The notes under the pieces: model-generated
Told to the model about the DNA's origin: nothing
Databases searched by the model: none
Seen by the model: the letters and a program-made list of their open reading frames with translations, nothing else
Program-made: the position numbers and the translations under genes
From: an uncultured delta proteobacterium
GTDB lineage: Bacteria > Myxococcota_A > Polyangia > Haliangiales > Haliangiaceae
Direction: 5' to 3'
Assembly: GCA_963848295.1 (NCBI GenBank)
Contig: CAWKDB010000010.1
Span: 2,400,001-2,464,000 of the forward strand
DNA: 64,000 nt
Part shown: positions 41,724 to 51,626 of the stretch, piece by piece
Numbering within the stretch: the first letter of the stretch is position 1
How the letters are laid out: every line of letters begins with the position of its first letter

Positions 41724-43594
41724 GACGGGGGCGCGCAGAGCGGCTCGATCGCGAGCGACCTGACATCGGCGCGCGCCTCGTTCTTGTCGAACCGATGCTT
41801 CGTGAACGTGAGGGTATTGATCCCGGCGTGGACCACGTTCTGCGGAATGACGAACGAGGGCCGGCTCGTGGGCTCACACGGTTCGCTCGTGAAGTCGCCG
41901 ACCGAGACCTCGAGCACCGCGGGCGCGACCAGCTCGAACGTCACGCGCACGTCGCAGGCGCGCCCGAGGCGGACCAACAGCTGGGCACGCCGCACCTCTT
42001 CGCCGTCGAGAGCGACCAACCCGCGACGGGTCATCATGGTCTCGCACGCGTTACCACGCGGCTCGCCCGGCCTCGTCTCGCGCGATGGGTTCGCGCACGG
42101 TACGTAGCCGTCGAGGCTGAACACGGTGACGTTCTGCTTCGTCGTCCAGCTGCCGCCCCAGCCGAGCAGTCGCGGAATCGCCGACGCCGGATTGGTGGGC
42201 GCGAGCTCGTGCGCGACCGGCACCGTGCGCGCGATCGCATCGAGCACCGCGGCGCGTTCGATCCGGTAGACGTCGAGGGTGCCGAGATGGAGCACGCGCC
42301 TCGCACCGATCGCGGTGAGGTTCGGCACCACCTTGCTCGCGGCGCGCAACGCCGATCGGGTCTTGAAGACAACGGCGTGCGCGTAGTCCGTGCCGGTGGC
42401 TGCCAGCGCTTTGAGGACCTGGCGCGAGGCTGCCACCGCGTCGCCTGTGGTCGGCGCGGCCATGCGATGCCGGCCGAACGCGAGCTCGACCGGGCCGTCG
42501 ACCGGGAGGTTCGACAGGATGAAGTCGTCGCGGTCGTAGGCGTCGAGGTACGCGTTTGCCCGCGCGACATCGTCGCGATCGAGCAGCGAGCGCGGGTGCG
42601 CGAGGATCGTGTAGCCGGCCCACGCAGGCACGAACGCGAGCCACGCGATCGCGAGCCCTCGGCCGACTGCGGGGTGCTCGAGCAAGTGCGATACGGCGAG
42701 CGCCGAGCCGATCGCGTAGAACGGCAGCATCGCTTGTGCACCGAGCATCTGGCCGAGGTCGGCGCGGGGATAGACGAGCACCGAGAGCAGCGCCGCGACG
42801 AACAGCCACGCCTCGCCGAACGCGGCCTGCAACGAGCGAGTGCGCGCCGCGCGATAGAGCATGTACGCGGCGGCCGCCCAGAACATCGGCGTGAACAGCA
42901 CGGTGAAGCGTCGGACGAGCGCGAACGCGGGCACGACGATATGCGCCGGCGGCGCGTGGCTGATCACGAATTCAGCGAGCTGGTTCGGCGCGTCGGCCGG
43001 GCTCGCCCACGCTCGCAACGCGAGGCCGCCCGCGCAACCGATCGCGAACGCCACGATCGCGATGCTTCGATCGTGCTCGGAGCGCCGGAGCGCGAACCAC
43101 GCAGCCGCCGGCAAGAACAGCCAATAATCCGCCGAGCTCGCGAAGCACGCGCACGCGGCGACCAGCGCGAGCGCCGAGTAGCCGAGCTTGCGAGTCGCGA
43201 GCGCGCGAGCCAGCGCGGCGAGCGCGACGAACGCGGAGGCTTCCGCGACCGGCATGCCGTCGAGGCTGTCGGCGTACATCAGCCAGAGCAGATTCGTCGC
43301 TGCGAACGCCGCGGCGAGCAGGCCGACGGTCTCGTTCCAGGTCCGGCGCGCGTAGTCGTAGAGCGCCGCGATCGCGACCGCCGAGCCGGCGAGCGCGAGC
43401 AACCGCAGCGTGACGAGCCCGCAGCCGCCGAACCGGCCGAGGAGCACGTCGGCATCGGCACCCGGATCGCCGAGGTCGAGGCGAAGCGGCTCGGTGACGT
43501 GGAGCACGAGATAGCCGAACGCGAGCGCGACGCTGCCGAGCACGTAGGCCCGCAGAAAGCGGGACGTTCTCGTGTCTTGTCGCTCGCGCACCAC
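41720..43594 (-). CDS. ArnT/PMT-like (GT39/GT83) membrane protein
   Basis: 'LRLLAL...LYDYARR.W...GLLAA' PMT_2-like; many TMs; coupled to the downstream gene. Confidence 0.7.
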   Translation of the reverse strand: MVRERQDTRTSRFLRAYVLGSVALAFGYLVLHVTEPLRLDLGDPGADADVLLGRFGGCGLVTLRLLALAGSAVAIAALYDYARRTWNETVGLLAAAFAATNLLWLMYADSLDGMPVAEASAFVALAALARALATRKLGYSALALVAACACFASSADYWLFLPAAAWFALRRSEHDRSIAIVAFAIGCAGGLALRAWASPADAPNQLAEFVISHAPPAHIVVPAFALVRRFTVLFTPMFWAAAAYMLYRAARTRSLQAAFGEAWLFVAALLSVLVYPRADLGQMLGAQAMLPFYAIGSALAVSHLLEHPAVGRGLAIAWLAFVPAWAGYTILAHPRSLLDRDDVARANAYLDAYDRDDFILSNLPVDGPVELAFGRHRMAAPTTGDAVAASRQVLKALAATGTDYAHAVVFKTRSALRAASKVVPNLTAIGARRVLHLGTLDVYRIERAAVLDAIARTVPVAHELAPTNPASAIPRLLGWGGSWTTKQNVTVFSLDGYVPCANPSRETRPGEPRGNACETMMTRRGLVALDGEEVRRAQLLVRLGRACDVRVTFELVAPAVLEVSVGDFTSEPCEPTSRPSFVIPQNVVHAGINTLTFTKHRFDKNEARADVRSLAIEPLCAPPS

Positions 43595-43672
43595 GGCCCG
43601 GTGACCTCATACCACGCCACCTTCGACGGCGACTATGGTAGAGCCTCCGCCGTGGAGAACACGATCGTGCCC

Positions 43673-44467
43673 ATGAAACCGACGCTGATGTCGCGGCTCC
43701 AGCTGCGGCCGGAGTTCCATCGCGCGATCAAGGCGCTGAAGCTCGTCGAGCTCGCGTCGACCGTGCTGTCGGTGCGGCCGCTCAAGCGCACGCTCCCGAA
43801 CGGCTCGCGCTACCGCGTGCGCTACGGCGAGAGCCTGCTGATGGCCGACGAGATCTTCAAGCGCCAGGTCTATCGCGATCCGTTCGTCGATCGCGAGGTC
43901 CGCACGTTCGTCGACCTCGGCTCGAACGTCGGCTACTTCACGTGCTACGCGATGGATCGCATCAACCGGCGCGATGCGATCGGGCTCTCGGTCGACGCGA
44001 ATCCGAAGATGGCCGCCGAAACCAAGTGGCACGTCGAGACCAACGGCTGGACGAACGTCGCGCCGCTGTGGAACGTCGTCGGCTTCCCGCTCGATGTCGC
44101 GGAGGGCAGCTTCTACCTGAACCCGTCGAACATCTCGGGCTCGGCGACGACGCTGAACCCGAACATCCCGGCCAAGGGCGAGCAGCAGAAGATCGAGGTA
44201 CCGACGATCGATCTCAACAAGGCGTGGCGCGATCACGCCGGCGATCGCCCGGTCGACGTCATGAAGGTCGACGTCGAGGGCTTCGAGGTCAAGGTGCTCG
44301 AGACCATCCCGGAGCTGCTGAAGAGCACGAACAGCGTCGTACTCGAATGGCACAAGTGGATCACGCCGCGCGATCCGGTCGACGACGTGCTCGGCCGCGC
44401 AGGCTTGCGCTTCGTCAAGGTCGTGAACGAAGACCCGCACTGCGGCGTCGCGTTTTACGAGCGCTAG
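43673..44467 (+). CDS. FkbM-family methyltransferase
   Basis: FVDLGSNVGYF, MKVDVEGFE, LEWH. Alternative GTG start at 43652. Confidence 0.9.
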   Translation: MKPTLMSRLQLRPEFHRAIKALKLVELASTVLSVRPLKRTLPNGSRYRVRYGESLLMADEIFKRQVYRDPFVDREVRTFVDLGSNVGYFTCYAMDRINRRDAIGLSVDANPKMAAETKWHVETNGWTNVAPLWNVVGFPLDVAEGSFYLNPSNISGSATTLNPNIPAKGEQQKIEVPTIDLNKAWRDHAGDRPVDVMKVDVEGFEVKVLETIPELLKSTNSVVLEWHKWITPRDPVDDVLGRAGLRFVKVVNEDPHCGVAFYER

Positions 44468-44581
44468 ATCGAGCGACGCGACAAGCGCGACGACGTGGGC
44501 GAGGACGTAGTCGCGCTCCACGACCCGAGCATCGACGCCGTCCCGGCTCGCGACCCTCGTTATCTGTGCCTTCGACGTCAC
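44464..44581 (-). pseudogene. AbiEii-type nucleotidyltransferase toxin, N-terminal ~38 codons only
   Basis: GTGA overlap with the abiEi stop; 'AQITRVASRDGVDARVVERDYVLAHV'; the KGGT motif is absent because the sequence switches into the FkbM gene end. Confidence 0.72.
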
Positions 44582-45317
44582 TGGTGCACGACGTTCTGCA
44601 GTTCCGCCGGCGGTTGATCCCAACGAACCCACCACCTGGCGTCGCGGTACGACGAACCGTCGTGCCCCGGTTCGAGATCGATGTCACTGGTCGGCATGGC
44701 CAGAGGTTCGAGTCGATGTTCAAGCCCGGCGATGTGGAGGGTATCGGCGATCGATCCAATTCGACGAAGCGCAGGCCCCCATGATAAGGCGCGCGCGTAG
44801 GCCATCAATCGCGCCGCGTCGACCCCCTTGGAGGCTGCCGCACCGATCGCCTCAGCAAGAATCGCCACGCCTCCGACAAGCCGGGGTCGCGCCGCCGCGT
44901 CGAGCAGGGATCGTTCGAGATCCGAGATAAATACGCCGTCCTGCTTCTTGGCGCCTACGCTGACGGCTGTCTCGGACTCCTGCACGACCTTGAGTCGGCG
45001 CCCGGAGAGCGTGACGGTGCGCGTCGGCTTGGCGAGCGCGACCTGGATCCAGCGCGAGGAGTGCGCGAGGAGATCGAGTTGATCGAGCGCGGTCCGGTAC
45101 GCCACGCGATGTAGGACATCGCCAAAGCCGGCGGCAACCGAGAGAAGGATGCTCTCCGCAGCAGCGGTGGTACCGAGCGTCCCGAGCTGCCGGATCGCGT
45201 AGTGCCCGCGTCGAACGCGATCGAGCAGGCCGTCCCGCACGAGTCGGGCGAGGAGATTTCCACTTGCTGCTGCGGATAGTCCCAGGCGCGCAGCCGCCTC
45301 TGAACCGCCAGACGGCT
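44578..45317 (-). pseudogene. AbiEi type IV TA antitoxin lacking its start/N-terminus
   Basis: 'EAAARLG...LARLVRDGLLDRVRRGHY', 'AYRTAL', 'SDLERSLLD..RP', 'LRRIG', 'RDARWWV'; no start codon before the wHTH. Confidence 0.78.
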
Positions 45318-47933
45318 CTAGTAATTGAACACGAGCGTGCCGACGAACAGCGACGTGTTCATCGACGTCGCGACGGTCGCAGCATCGTCGTGAACGACGA
45401 ACGAGGGCGTCGCGGGCTCGGGCGCGAGCGCCGACGCGGGTGGATGCATCGCGGAGCACGCCCCGTCGGCCATCGCTGCTGGACAGACCGTGGTCGGCCG
45501 GAACGCGCCGACGCGAAACCCGAGCTTGTTCAGCCCCTCGCGCGTCAGCTTGCTCGGGACCTCGAGATGCACGCGTTGCCACCCGGTGTGGCTCACCGTG
45601 TAGGTCCCGATCAGGTGCGTCTTTCGGTCCGACGCCTGGTCGTAATAGTAGAGGTCGAGGTTCCAGTAGAACTGCACGGTCGTCGCCGCCGTGCCGTAGA
45701 TGTCGAGGTCGATCGACGTCGGTCGGCGGTCGTCGAGGAAGAACGTCGTGCTCGTGTCTTCCCACGGCTTCATCGGTTTCTCGCCGGCGAATCGCGCGCG
45801 CGTCACATCCGTCGCAGCTACGGCGGGCTTGCCTTCGAGCAAGAAGTAATCGCCCCAACCGTGCGGCGTGTAGATAACGTTGTCGACGCGGCCGAGCTCG
45901 ATCCGATCGGGGCTGTGGCCCATCGCGAGCACCGCCGCTCGGTCGGTCAGGCGGTACACCGACGATGCTTTCGGCCGCGGCTTGACGTTGTACTTCGGGT
46001 AGCCCTTCGTCTCGCTCTTGTGAAACACGAGATCGTAGCCGGGGAGCTTGCCGTCGAATTTTTGCAATCGGGCGTAGCCTTCGAAGCCCGGCGCGGCGAA
46101 CGCGAACACGCCGTCCGTGGGGTCGACCATGATCTCGGCGCTCTCGAGATAGACGTCTTCGATCTCGAGCTTGTGATCGAACAGGAAGCTGTAGATGTGC
46201 ATCGGCCACTCGGGGACCGGAATGTTCTTGCGATCGCTGACCCACGCGACCTCGCCTTGCGGCGACAGGGACGCGACGATGCCCTTGCGCTGGCGAAGCA
46301 CGTCGTAGACCGCCGGGTCGGCCGGATACCACAACAGGTTTAGATGCTTCACGTAGGTGTTCGGGCGGAACAGCACGATCGCGAGCACGGCGACGACTAC
46401 GACGCCGCGGCAGAAAGTGGGGATGCGCAAGATCGGGCGATACAGGAGCAACACGACCGGGGAGATCGCCGCGATCAGCCAGTATCGCGAGACGAACGCC
46501 TCGGTCGTCACGAACAACTGATTCGTATCGATCGACTTCGCACCGAGGTTCCACGCGAGCAACGCGACGATCCCGAGCGCGATGATCACCCCCCACGCCG
46601 GCTTCAGTCTCGCTATGCCCTCGGGCACCCACGCGATCATCAGCGCGATCGCGCGCCCGCATACGATCCAGATCACCGGCAGGAAGAACGACAGGTAGTG
46701 GCCGTAGCCATAACCCTGGTAGCCGTAGAGCGGCAGGACCACGAAGTTCAAGACGACGATGAACCCGATCATCGCTCCGAGCTTGCGCACCGCTGCGCTG
46801 CGCGCGTCGAGATCGAGTTGGTCGTCCGACGGCGGCGCATCTTCGGCTGCGGCTGGCTTCTTGCGACCCAGCCACGCGAAGAACCCGACGCCGAGCGCGA
46901 TCTCGAGAGGCCACGCGTGGATCAGATTGCGGATCGTCGCGACCCACGACGTCGTGAACTTCGCGATCATCTCGTGAGGCGCCTTGTCGATCAGGACGCC
47001 GAGCGAAAGCGGGTGGCCCGGCTCGGAGTACTTCCACCACGTGTCGGTGTCCATCGCGAACCGCGTGCCGAGCGGTTCCTGGTACATCGCGTTCGCGCTG
47101 AAGAACGGCGAGCCCCACTCCGACATCGAGTGGATCACGAACGGCAGACACCACAGCACCATGACCGCGAAAGCGATGCCTTCACTTCGCACGAACGAAC
47201 GCGCCGCCGCTCGCAGGCCTTCGGTTCGCCAGAGTCGCCATAGCCGTCGAGCGACCGTGAAGCTGAAGTACAGGATGAAGCCGCCGCCGATGTTTGGCCG
47301 ATCGAGCAACAGCCAGCCGAGCAGCGTTCCGGCGACGAGCGCACGCTTCCACGACATCACCGCGCCCTGCCGAAACCACCCGAAGAACACCGCGAGCAGC
47401 CCGGTGGTCAGCAACATCATGTCGCCGTCCTTGAGGTACAGGTAGACGTACGTCAGCGGATGCGCTAGCGCGATCAGCAACGCGAACAGCGCGGCCCAGC
47501 GGTCGTTCCACACCGATCGGGTCAGCCAGTAGATCATCACCATCAGGGCGACGAAGCAGATCAAGTTGTAGCCGAGGATGCCCATCTCGTACCCGTGCTG
47601 CCCGGTGACCGTGTACAGCGCGGCGATCGCGTACGCGGTGAACGGGAAGCGGTCGGCGTTGACCCAGTTCTCGTCGTGCAGCTTGCCGCGGTGATCGTAG
47701 AAATCGATCAGGAACGTCGGCAGATCATTCGCGGTGTAGCCGCGGCCTTCGGCGATGTTCTTAGCGACGTAGGCCGTGCGTCCGCTGTCCGTCATCCTGA
47801 CCTCGTGCGCGGTCTCGGCGCTGAGGTAGTTCATCTTCCATAGCGCGAAGATCGACAGCAGCACGATCAGGACCGTGCAGACCGCAAGCTCGATGATCAG
47901 AGCGCGGCGCGGATGAGGCGAAGCCTCAGACAT
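45318..47933 (-). CDS. GT-C (ArnT/PMT-like) membrane protein with large periplasmic C-domain
   Basis: 'TDSGRTAYVAKNIAEGRGY', 'DRFP', 'LLDRPN', many TMs. Confidence 0.78.
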   Translation of the reverse strand: MSEASPHPRRALIIELAVCTVLIVLLSIFALWKMNYLSAETAHEVRMTDSGRTAYVAKNIAEGRGYTANDLPTFLIDFYDHRGKLHDENWVNADRFPFTAYAIAALYTVTGQHGYEMGILGYNLICFVALMVMIYWLTRSVWNDRWAALFALLIALAHPLTYVYLYLKDGDMMLLTTGLLAVFFGWFRQGAVMSWKRALVAGTLLGWLLLDRPNIGGGFILYFSFTVARRLWRLWRTEGLRAAARSFVRSEGIAFAVMVLWCLPFVIHSMSEWGSPFFSANAMYQEPLGTRFAMDTDTWWKYSEPGHPLSLGVLIDKAPHEMIAKFTTSWVATIRNLIHAWPLEIALGVGFFAWLGRKKPAAAEDAPPSDDQLDLDARSAAVRKLGAMIGFIVVLNFVVLPLYGYQGYGYGHYLSFFLPVIWIVCGRAIALMIAWVPEGIARLKPAWGVIIALGIVALLAWNLGAKSIDTNQLFVTTEAFVSRYWLIAAISPVVLLLYRPILRIPTFCRGVVVVAVLAIVLFRPNTYVKHLNLLWYPADPAVYDVLRQRKGIVASLSPQGEVAWVSDRKNIPVPEWPMHIYSFLFDHKLEIEDVYLESAEIMVDPTDGVFAFAAPGFEGYARLQKFDGKLPGYDLVFHKSETKGYPKYNVKPRPKASSVYRLTDRAAVLAMGHSPDRIELGRVDNVIYTPHGWGDYFLLEGKPAVAATDVTRARFAGEKPMKPWEDTSTTFFLDDRRPTSIDLDIYGTAATTVQFYWNLDLYYYDQASDRKTHLIGTYTVSHTGWQRVHLEVPSKLTREGLNKLGFRVGAFRPTTVCPAAMADGACSAMHPPASALAPEPATPSFVVHDDAATVATSMNTSLFVGTLVFNY

Positions 47934-48000
47934 TGGCCGGGGGAATCTAGCGGGTTTCTGGCCGCGTCGGGTGCGTTGGGCGCCCCAGTCGCTACTCCAC

Positions 48001-49008
48001 ATGCAGGCGTTGCAACGCCCCGACAGCCACGATACCAAGGCGGCAGTGGTGCATCTCCGGGCCCTCCTCGACCAGCTGCGCGGCAAGCGCGTGGTCGTCG
48101 TCGGCGACGTGATGCTCGACGAGTACTTGAAGGGCGATGTCGCGCGGATCTCGCCCGAGGCGCCGGTGCCGGTGCTCGAGGTCCGCAGTCACGACTATCG
48201 GCTCGGCGGCGCGGCCAACGCGGCTGCGAACATCGCGGCGCTCGGCGGCGCGACGACGTTGGTCGGCGTGATCGGCCACGACGAGACGGCGCAGGTCCTG
48301 ATCGCCCAGCTCGCGAGCCACGCGATCGCAGCCGAGCTCGTGCCCGACGCGGGCCGTCCGACGAGCAAGAAGACGCGGCTGGTCGCTCAGCAGCAGCAGA
48401 TCGTGCGCGTCGACCTCGAGCAGCGCGCGCCGATCGGCGGCGAGGTCGCGGCTAACGTGCGCGCGGCGATCGATCGTGCGCTCGTCGGTGCGCACGCGAT
48501 CGTCGTGTCGGACTACGCGAAAGGGGTCGTGACCGCGGAGATCGCGCAGTATGCAATTCGCGCGGCGCGCGCGGCCGGCGTCGCCTCGATCGTCGATCCG
48601 AAACAGCGCGGCTTCGCGGCCTATGCCGGCGCCACGGTGATCACGCCGAACCTGCACGAGCTCGAGGGCGCGGCGCCGCATCACGCGACGTTCGAGATCG
48701 AGCGCGCGGCGATGTCGCTGTTGCCGCTGATCGACGGCAGCGCGCTACTCGTCACGCGCAGCGCCGATGGCATGACGCTCTACCGCACCGGCGCCGCGTC
48801 GTTTCACGTGCCCGCGATGGCGAAGGAAGTGTTCGACGTCACCGGCGCCGGCGACACGGTGGTCGCGACGGTGGCGCTCGCGTTGGCCGCGGGGGTCGCG
48901 ATCGAGCAGGCGATCGAGCTCGCGAGCGTCGCGGCGGCAGTCGCGGTGTCGAAGCGCGGAACCTCGACGGTCAGTCCCGCCGAGCTCGCGGCGGCGCTGC
49001 CCCAATAA
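48001..49008 (+). CDS. rfaE1: D-glycero-beta-D-manno-heptose-7-phosphate kinase (HldE N-domain/RfaE1)
   Basis: VGDVMLDEY..G...RISPEAPVPV, GGAANAA.N, SDYAKG, TPN..E, DVTGAGDT. Confidence 0.93.
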   Translation: MQALQRPDSHDTKAAVVHLRALLDQLRGKRVVVVGDVMLDEYLKGDVARISPEAPVPVLEVRSHDYRLGGAANAAANIAALGGATTLVGVIGHDETAQVLIAQLASHAIAAELVPDAGRPTSKKTRLVAQQQQIVRVDLEQRAPIGGEVAANVRAAIDRALVGAHAIVVSDYAKGVVTAEIAQYAIRAARAAGVASIVDPKQRGFAAYAGATVITPNLHELEGAAPHHATFEIERAAMSLLPLIDGSALLVTRSADGMTLYRTGAASFHVPAMAKEVFDVTGAGDTVVATVALALAAGVAIEQAIELASVAAAVAVSKRGTSTVSPAELAAALPQ

Positions 49009-49097
49009 AGGAGCGGCTTCGCCGTCATGGTTCCCTCCCCAACCCCTGCCGCTTATACCGACCGTGTGCGCTACGCGCTACGGTCTCCTAGCGAGCC

Positions 49098-51626
49098 ATG
49101 ACCGCGGACCGGGCTCTGCGCACGGTGACGATCGCGGTCGCGATCGCGGTCGCGGCGATCGGGCTCGCGTTGCCGCACTCGATCGTGCTCGGCGGCGCGG
49201 CGTGGCTCGTCGCGCTGTTCCTCGCGCTGTCGGGTTGGGGATGGCTCGTCACGCGGGTCGCGCACATCGACGATGTCGACTTCGGCCTGCGCACCGCGTG
49301 GGGGGTCGCGGCGTATCTCGGCGTGGCCGGCGTGCTCGTCATGATCGGCATCTGTTCGCGCGGCATGATCCTCGGGCTCGTCGCGGTCGGGCTCGCGGGC
49401 TTTGGCTGGCGCGAGCTCGTGACGCCAGAGCCGATCGCGGAACGGTTGCGTGGAGCGGCCGCCTTCGCGCGCGCTCGCCCGTTCGTCTCCGCGCTCGCGA
49501 TCGCGGGCGGGCTGGTCGCGGTGATCGTCATCCTCGGCGCGATCGTCCAGCTCGAGCGCAACCCGTGGGACGACGACCTCGCGTACACGCCGCTCGTCCG
49601 GCGCTTGCTCGACACCGGCAACCTGATCGAGCCGTTCTCGTTTCGCCGGCTCGCCGCGTACGGCGGCCAGACCGCGTTGCAGGCGCTCGGCGCCGCGCGC
49701 GGCAACCTCGCCGCGGTTCACCTCGTCGATCACGGCTTGTGCTTCGGGCTCGTGCTCGCGCTCGTCGTCGGGCACGCGCGGGCACGCACCCCGGCGCTGT
49801 GGCTCGGCTTGACCGTCGCGCTGCTGTTGCTGCTACCGGACATCTCGATCAACACCGCGAGCTACTGGAGCGGCGCGGCGTGTTTTCTCGCGCTCTATCG
49901 CACGATCGAACAGTCCGACGAGCGACCGCGCACCGCGTTCGCGATCGCCGCGCTCGTCGCCGCCGCGACCTGCACGTTGCGCCATAGCTACCTGCCCGTC
50001 GTCGTGTTGTTCCTCGTGTTCGTCGCCGGATCGCGGATCACGCGCGCGGCCTCGGAGTCCTCGTGGCGCGAGGCGTGGCGCGCCGAGTGGCGGCGCTGGC
50101 GAGTCGCGCTCGCGGTCGTCGTGCTCGTGCTCGTGCCGTGGTGTCTCGCCGCGTTCTCGTCGAGTCGCACGTTCTTGTTTCCGCTGATGCAGGGCACGTG
50201 GAACCACGGGCTGTCGCTCGATCCGTCGGCCTGGACGTGGACCGATTCGCTGTCGCACGTGATCGCGTGCTGCCTCGAGGTCCAGCCGATCGCGGTCGGC
50301 ATCGTGCTCGCGGTGCTCGCGCCGTTCGTCGTCGATCCGCGCCCCGGCCGGCCGCTAACCTCGATGTTCGTCGCGGCCGGCCTGGGGTTCTTGCTGCTCG
50401 TCCATGGCTTCGGCAGCGCCGACGCGCTGACGCTCTGGCGTTACGCGTTCGGCTACACGCTGCCGCTCGTGCTCGTGCTCGCGCTCGAAGCCGCAGCCGA
50501 TCCGGCGCCGATCCGGGTGACCGCGCTCGGCCGCTGGGTGCTGCTCGCCGCGCTCGTGATCCAGGTCGGGTTCGCGCGGACCGGCGTGGTCAAGCGCTAC
50601 GCCGGGATGTTCCGCGACCTGCGCGACGCGATCGCCGACGGTGGCGGCGCGCCCGAGCGCGAGATGGAGCACGAGCGCTATGCGGCGATGCAGGCGAGCG
50701 TCCCCGCCGGCGCACGGCTCGCGGTCATGGTCGATGACCCGGCGTACCTCGACTTCAACCGCAATCCGATCGCGAACCTCGACACGCCCGGGTTCGCGAG
50801 CCCGGGCACGCAGCTCCCGTCGTTCTGCGGTGCCGAGGCGATGCGCGCGTACCTGCTCGATCAAGGCTATCGCTATGCCGCGTTCGTGAAGTCGGATCGC
50901 TCGCGCTACTTCTTTCGCCGCGGGTTCTGGGTGTGGCGGCTGTTCAACGACGCCGAGATCTTTCAGGCGATGAGCGCGTACGCGATCGATACGATCGACA
51001 ACTTCGCGACGCTCGCCGGCAGCTCCCACGTGCTCTACGACGACGATGGCCTCGTCGTGCTCGATCTCGACGCGCGTCACGAGCCGGCACTCGAGCTCGA
51101 TCCCGACGACGAAGCGCTCCGCCGCGGCCGCTTCGTGCGCGCGCTCGCCGACCGCGAAGGCTTGCACGCCGAATGGGCGCTGAGCTCGCGCCGCGACATC
51201 GTGATCGAGGACGGGCTCAACGGCATCACGTACGTCGACCCCGCGGCGATCGCGGATCCGCACTGGAACGACGTCTACGATCGCGGGCACGAGCCGACGT
51301 CCGGTGTGCCGGTGAAGTGGATGCAACGCCGCGTCCATTGGCGAGTCAGAGGCGATCGCGCGATGCACCTGATGCTGCGCGGCCACGTCAACCTCAACGC
51401 GCTGTACAGCCGGCCGCGGCTCGACGTGTCGCTCGCCGGCGAGCTGATCGCCTCGACCGTGGTCGACATCCGCGGCAACTACATCGTGGACGTCATCGTG
51501 CCGGTCGAGTTGCTCGACGGTTGGTGCGATCTCTACGCGGTGTGGAACACGATCGGCCAGCCCGAGAAGGACGTCAAGGATCTCCGCGTCGCGCGCCTCG
51601 AGGAGCTGGTGTGGGAGCCGCGGTAG
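49098..51626 (+). CDS. GT-C-like polytopic membrane protein
   Basis: 'NPWDDDLAY', 'PFSFRRLAAYGGQ', about 15 TMs, periplasmic C-domain. Confidence 0.75.
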   Translation: MTADRALRTVTIAVAIAVAAIGLALPHSIVLGGAAWLVALFLALSGWGWLVTRVAHIDDVDFGLRTAWGVAAYLGVAGVLVMIGICSRGMILGLVAVGLAGFGWRELVTPEPIAERLRGAAAFARARPFVSALAIAGGLVAVIVILGAIVQLERNPWDDDLAYTPLVRRLLDTGNLIEPFSFRRLAAYGGQTALQALGAARGNLAAVHLVDHGLCFGLVLALVVGHARARTPALWLGLTVALLLLLPDISINTASYWSGAACFLALYRTIEQSDERPRTAFAIAALVAAATCTLRHSYLPVVVLFLVFVAGSRITRAASESSWREAWRAEWRRWRVALAVVVLVLVPWCLAAFSSSRTFLFPLMQGTWNHGLSLDPSAWTWTDSLSHVIACCLEVQPIAVGIVLAVLAPFVVDPRPGRPLTSMFVAAGLGFLLLVHGFGSADALTLWRYAFGYTLPLVLVLALEAAADPAPIRVTALGRWVLLAALVIQVGFARTGVVKRYAGMFRDLRDAIADGGGAPEREMEHERYAAMQASVPAGARLAVMVDDPAYLDFNRNPIANLDTPGFASPGTQLPSFCGAEAMRAYLLDQGYRYAAFVKSDRSRYFFRRGFWVWRLFNDAEIFQAMSAYAIDTIDNFATLAGSSHVLYDDDGLVVLDLDARHEPALELDPDDEALRRGRFVRALADREGLHAEWALSSRRDIVIEDGLNGITYVDPAAIADPHWNDVYDRGHEPTSGVPVKWMQRRVHWRVRGDRAMHLMLRGHVNLNALYSRPRLDVSLAGELIASTVVDIRGNYIVDVIVPVELLDGWCDLYAVWNTIGQPEKDVKDLRVARLEELVWEPR

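Noticed and set aside
33251..45321. Integron cassette array
   Set aside because: No intI and no recognisable attC (RYYYAAC...GTTRRRY) pairs, and the genes are in mixed orientations.
44578..47154. 858-aa ORF read as a giant AbiEi fusion
   Set aside because: The upstream part is an off-frame overlap of the GT-C gene; only about 44578-45300 is AbiEi-like.
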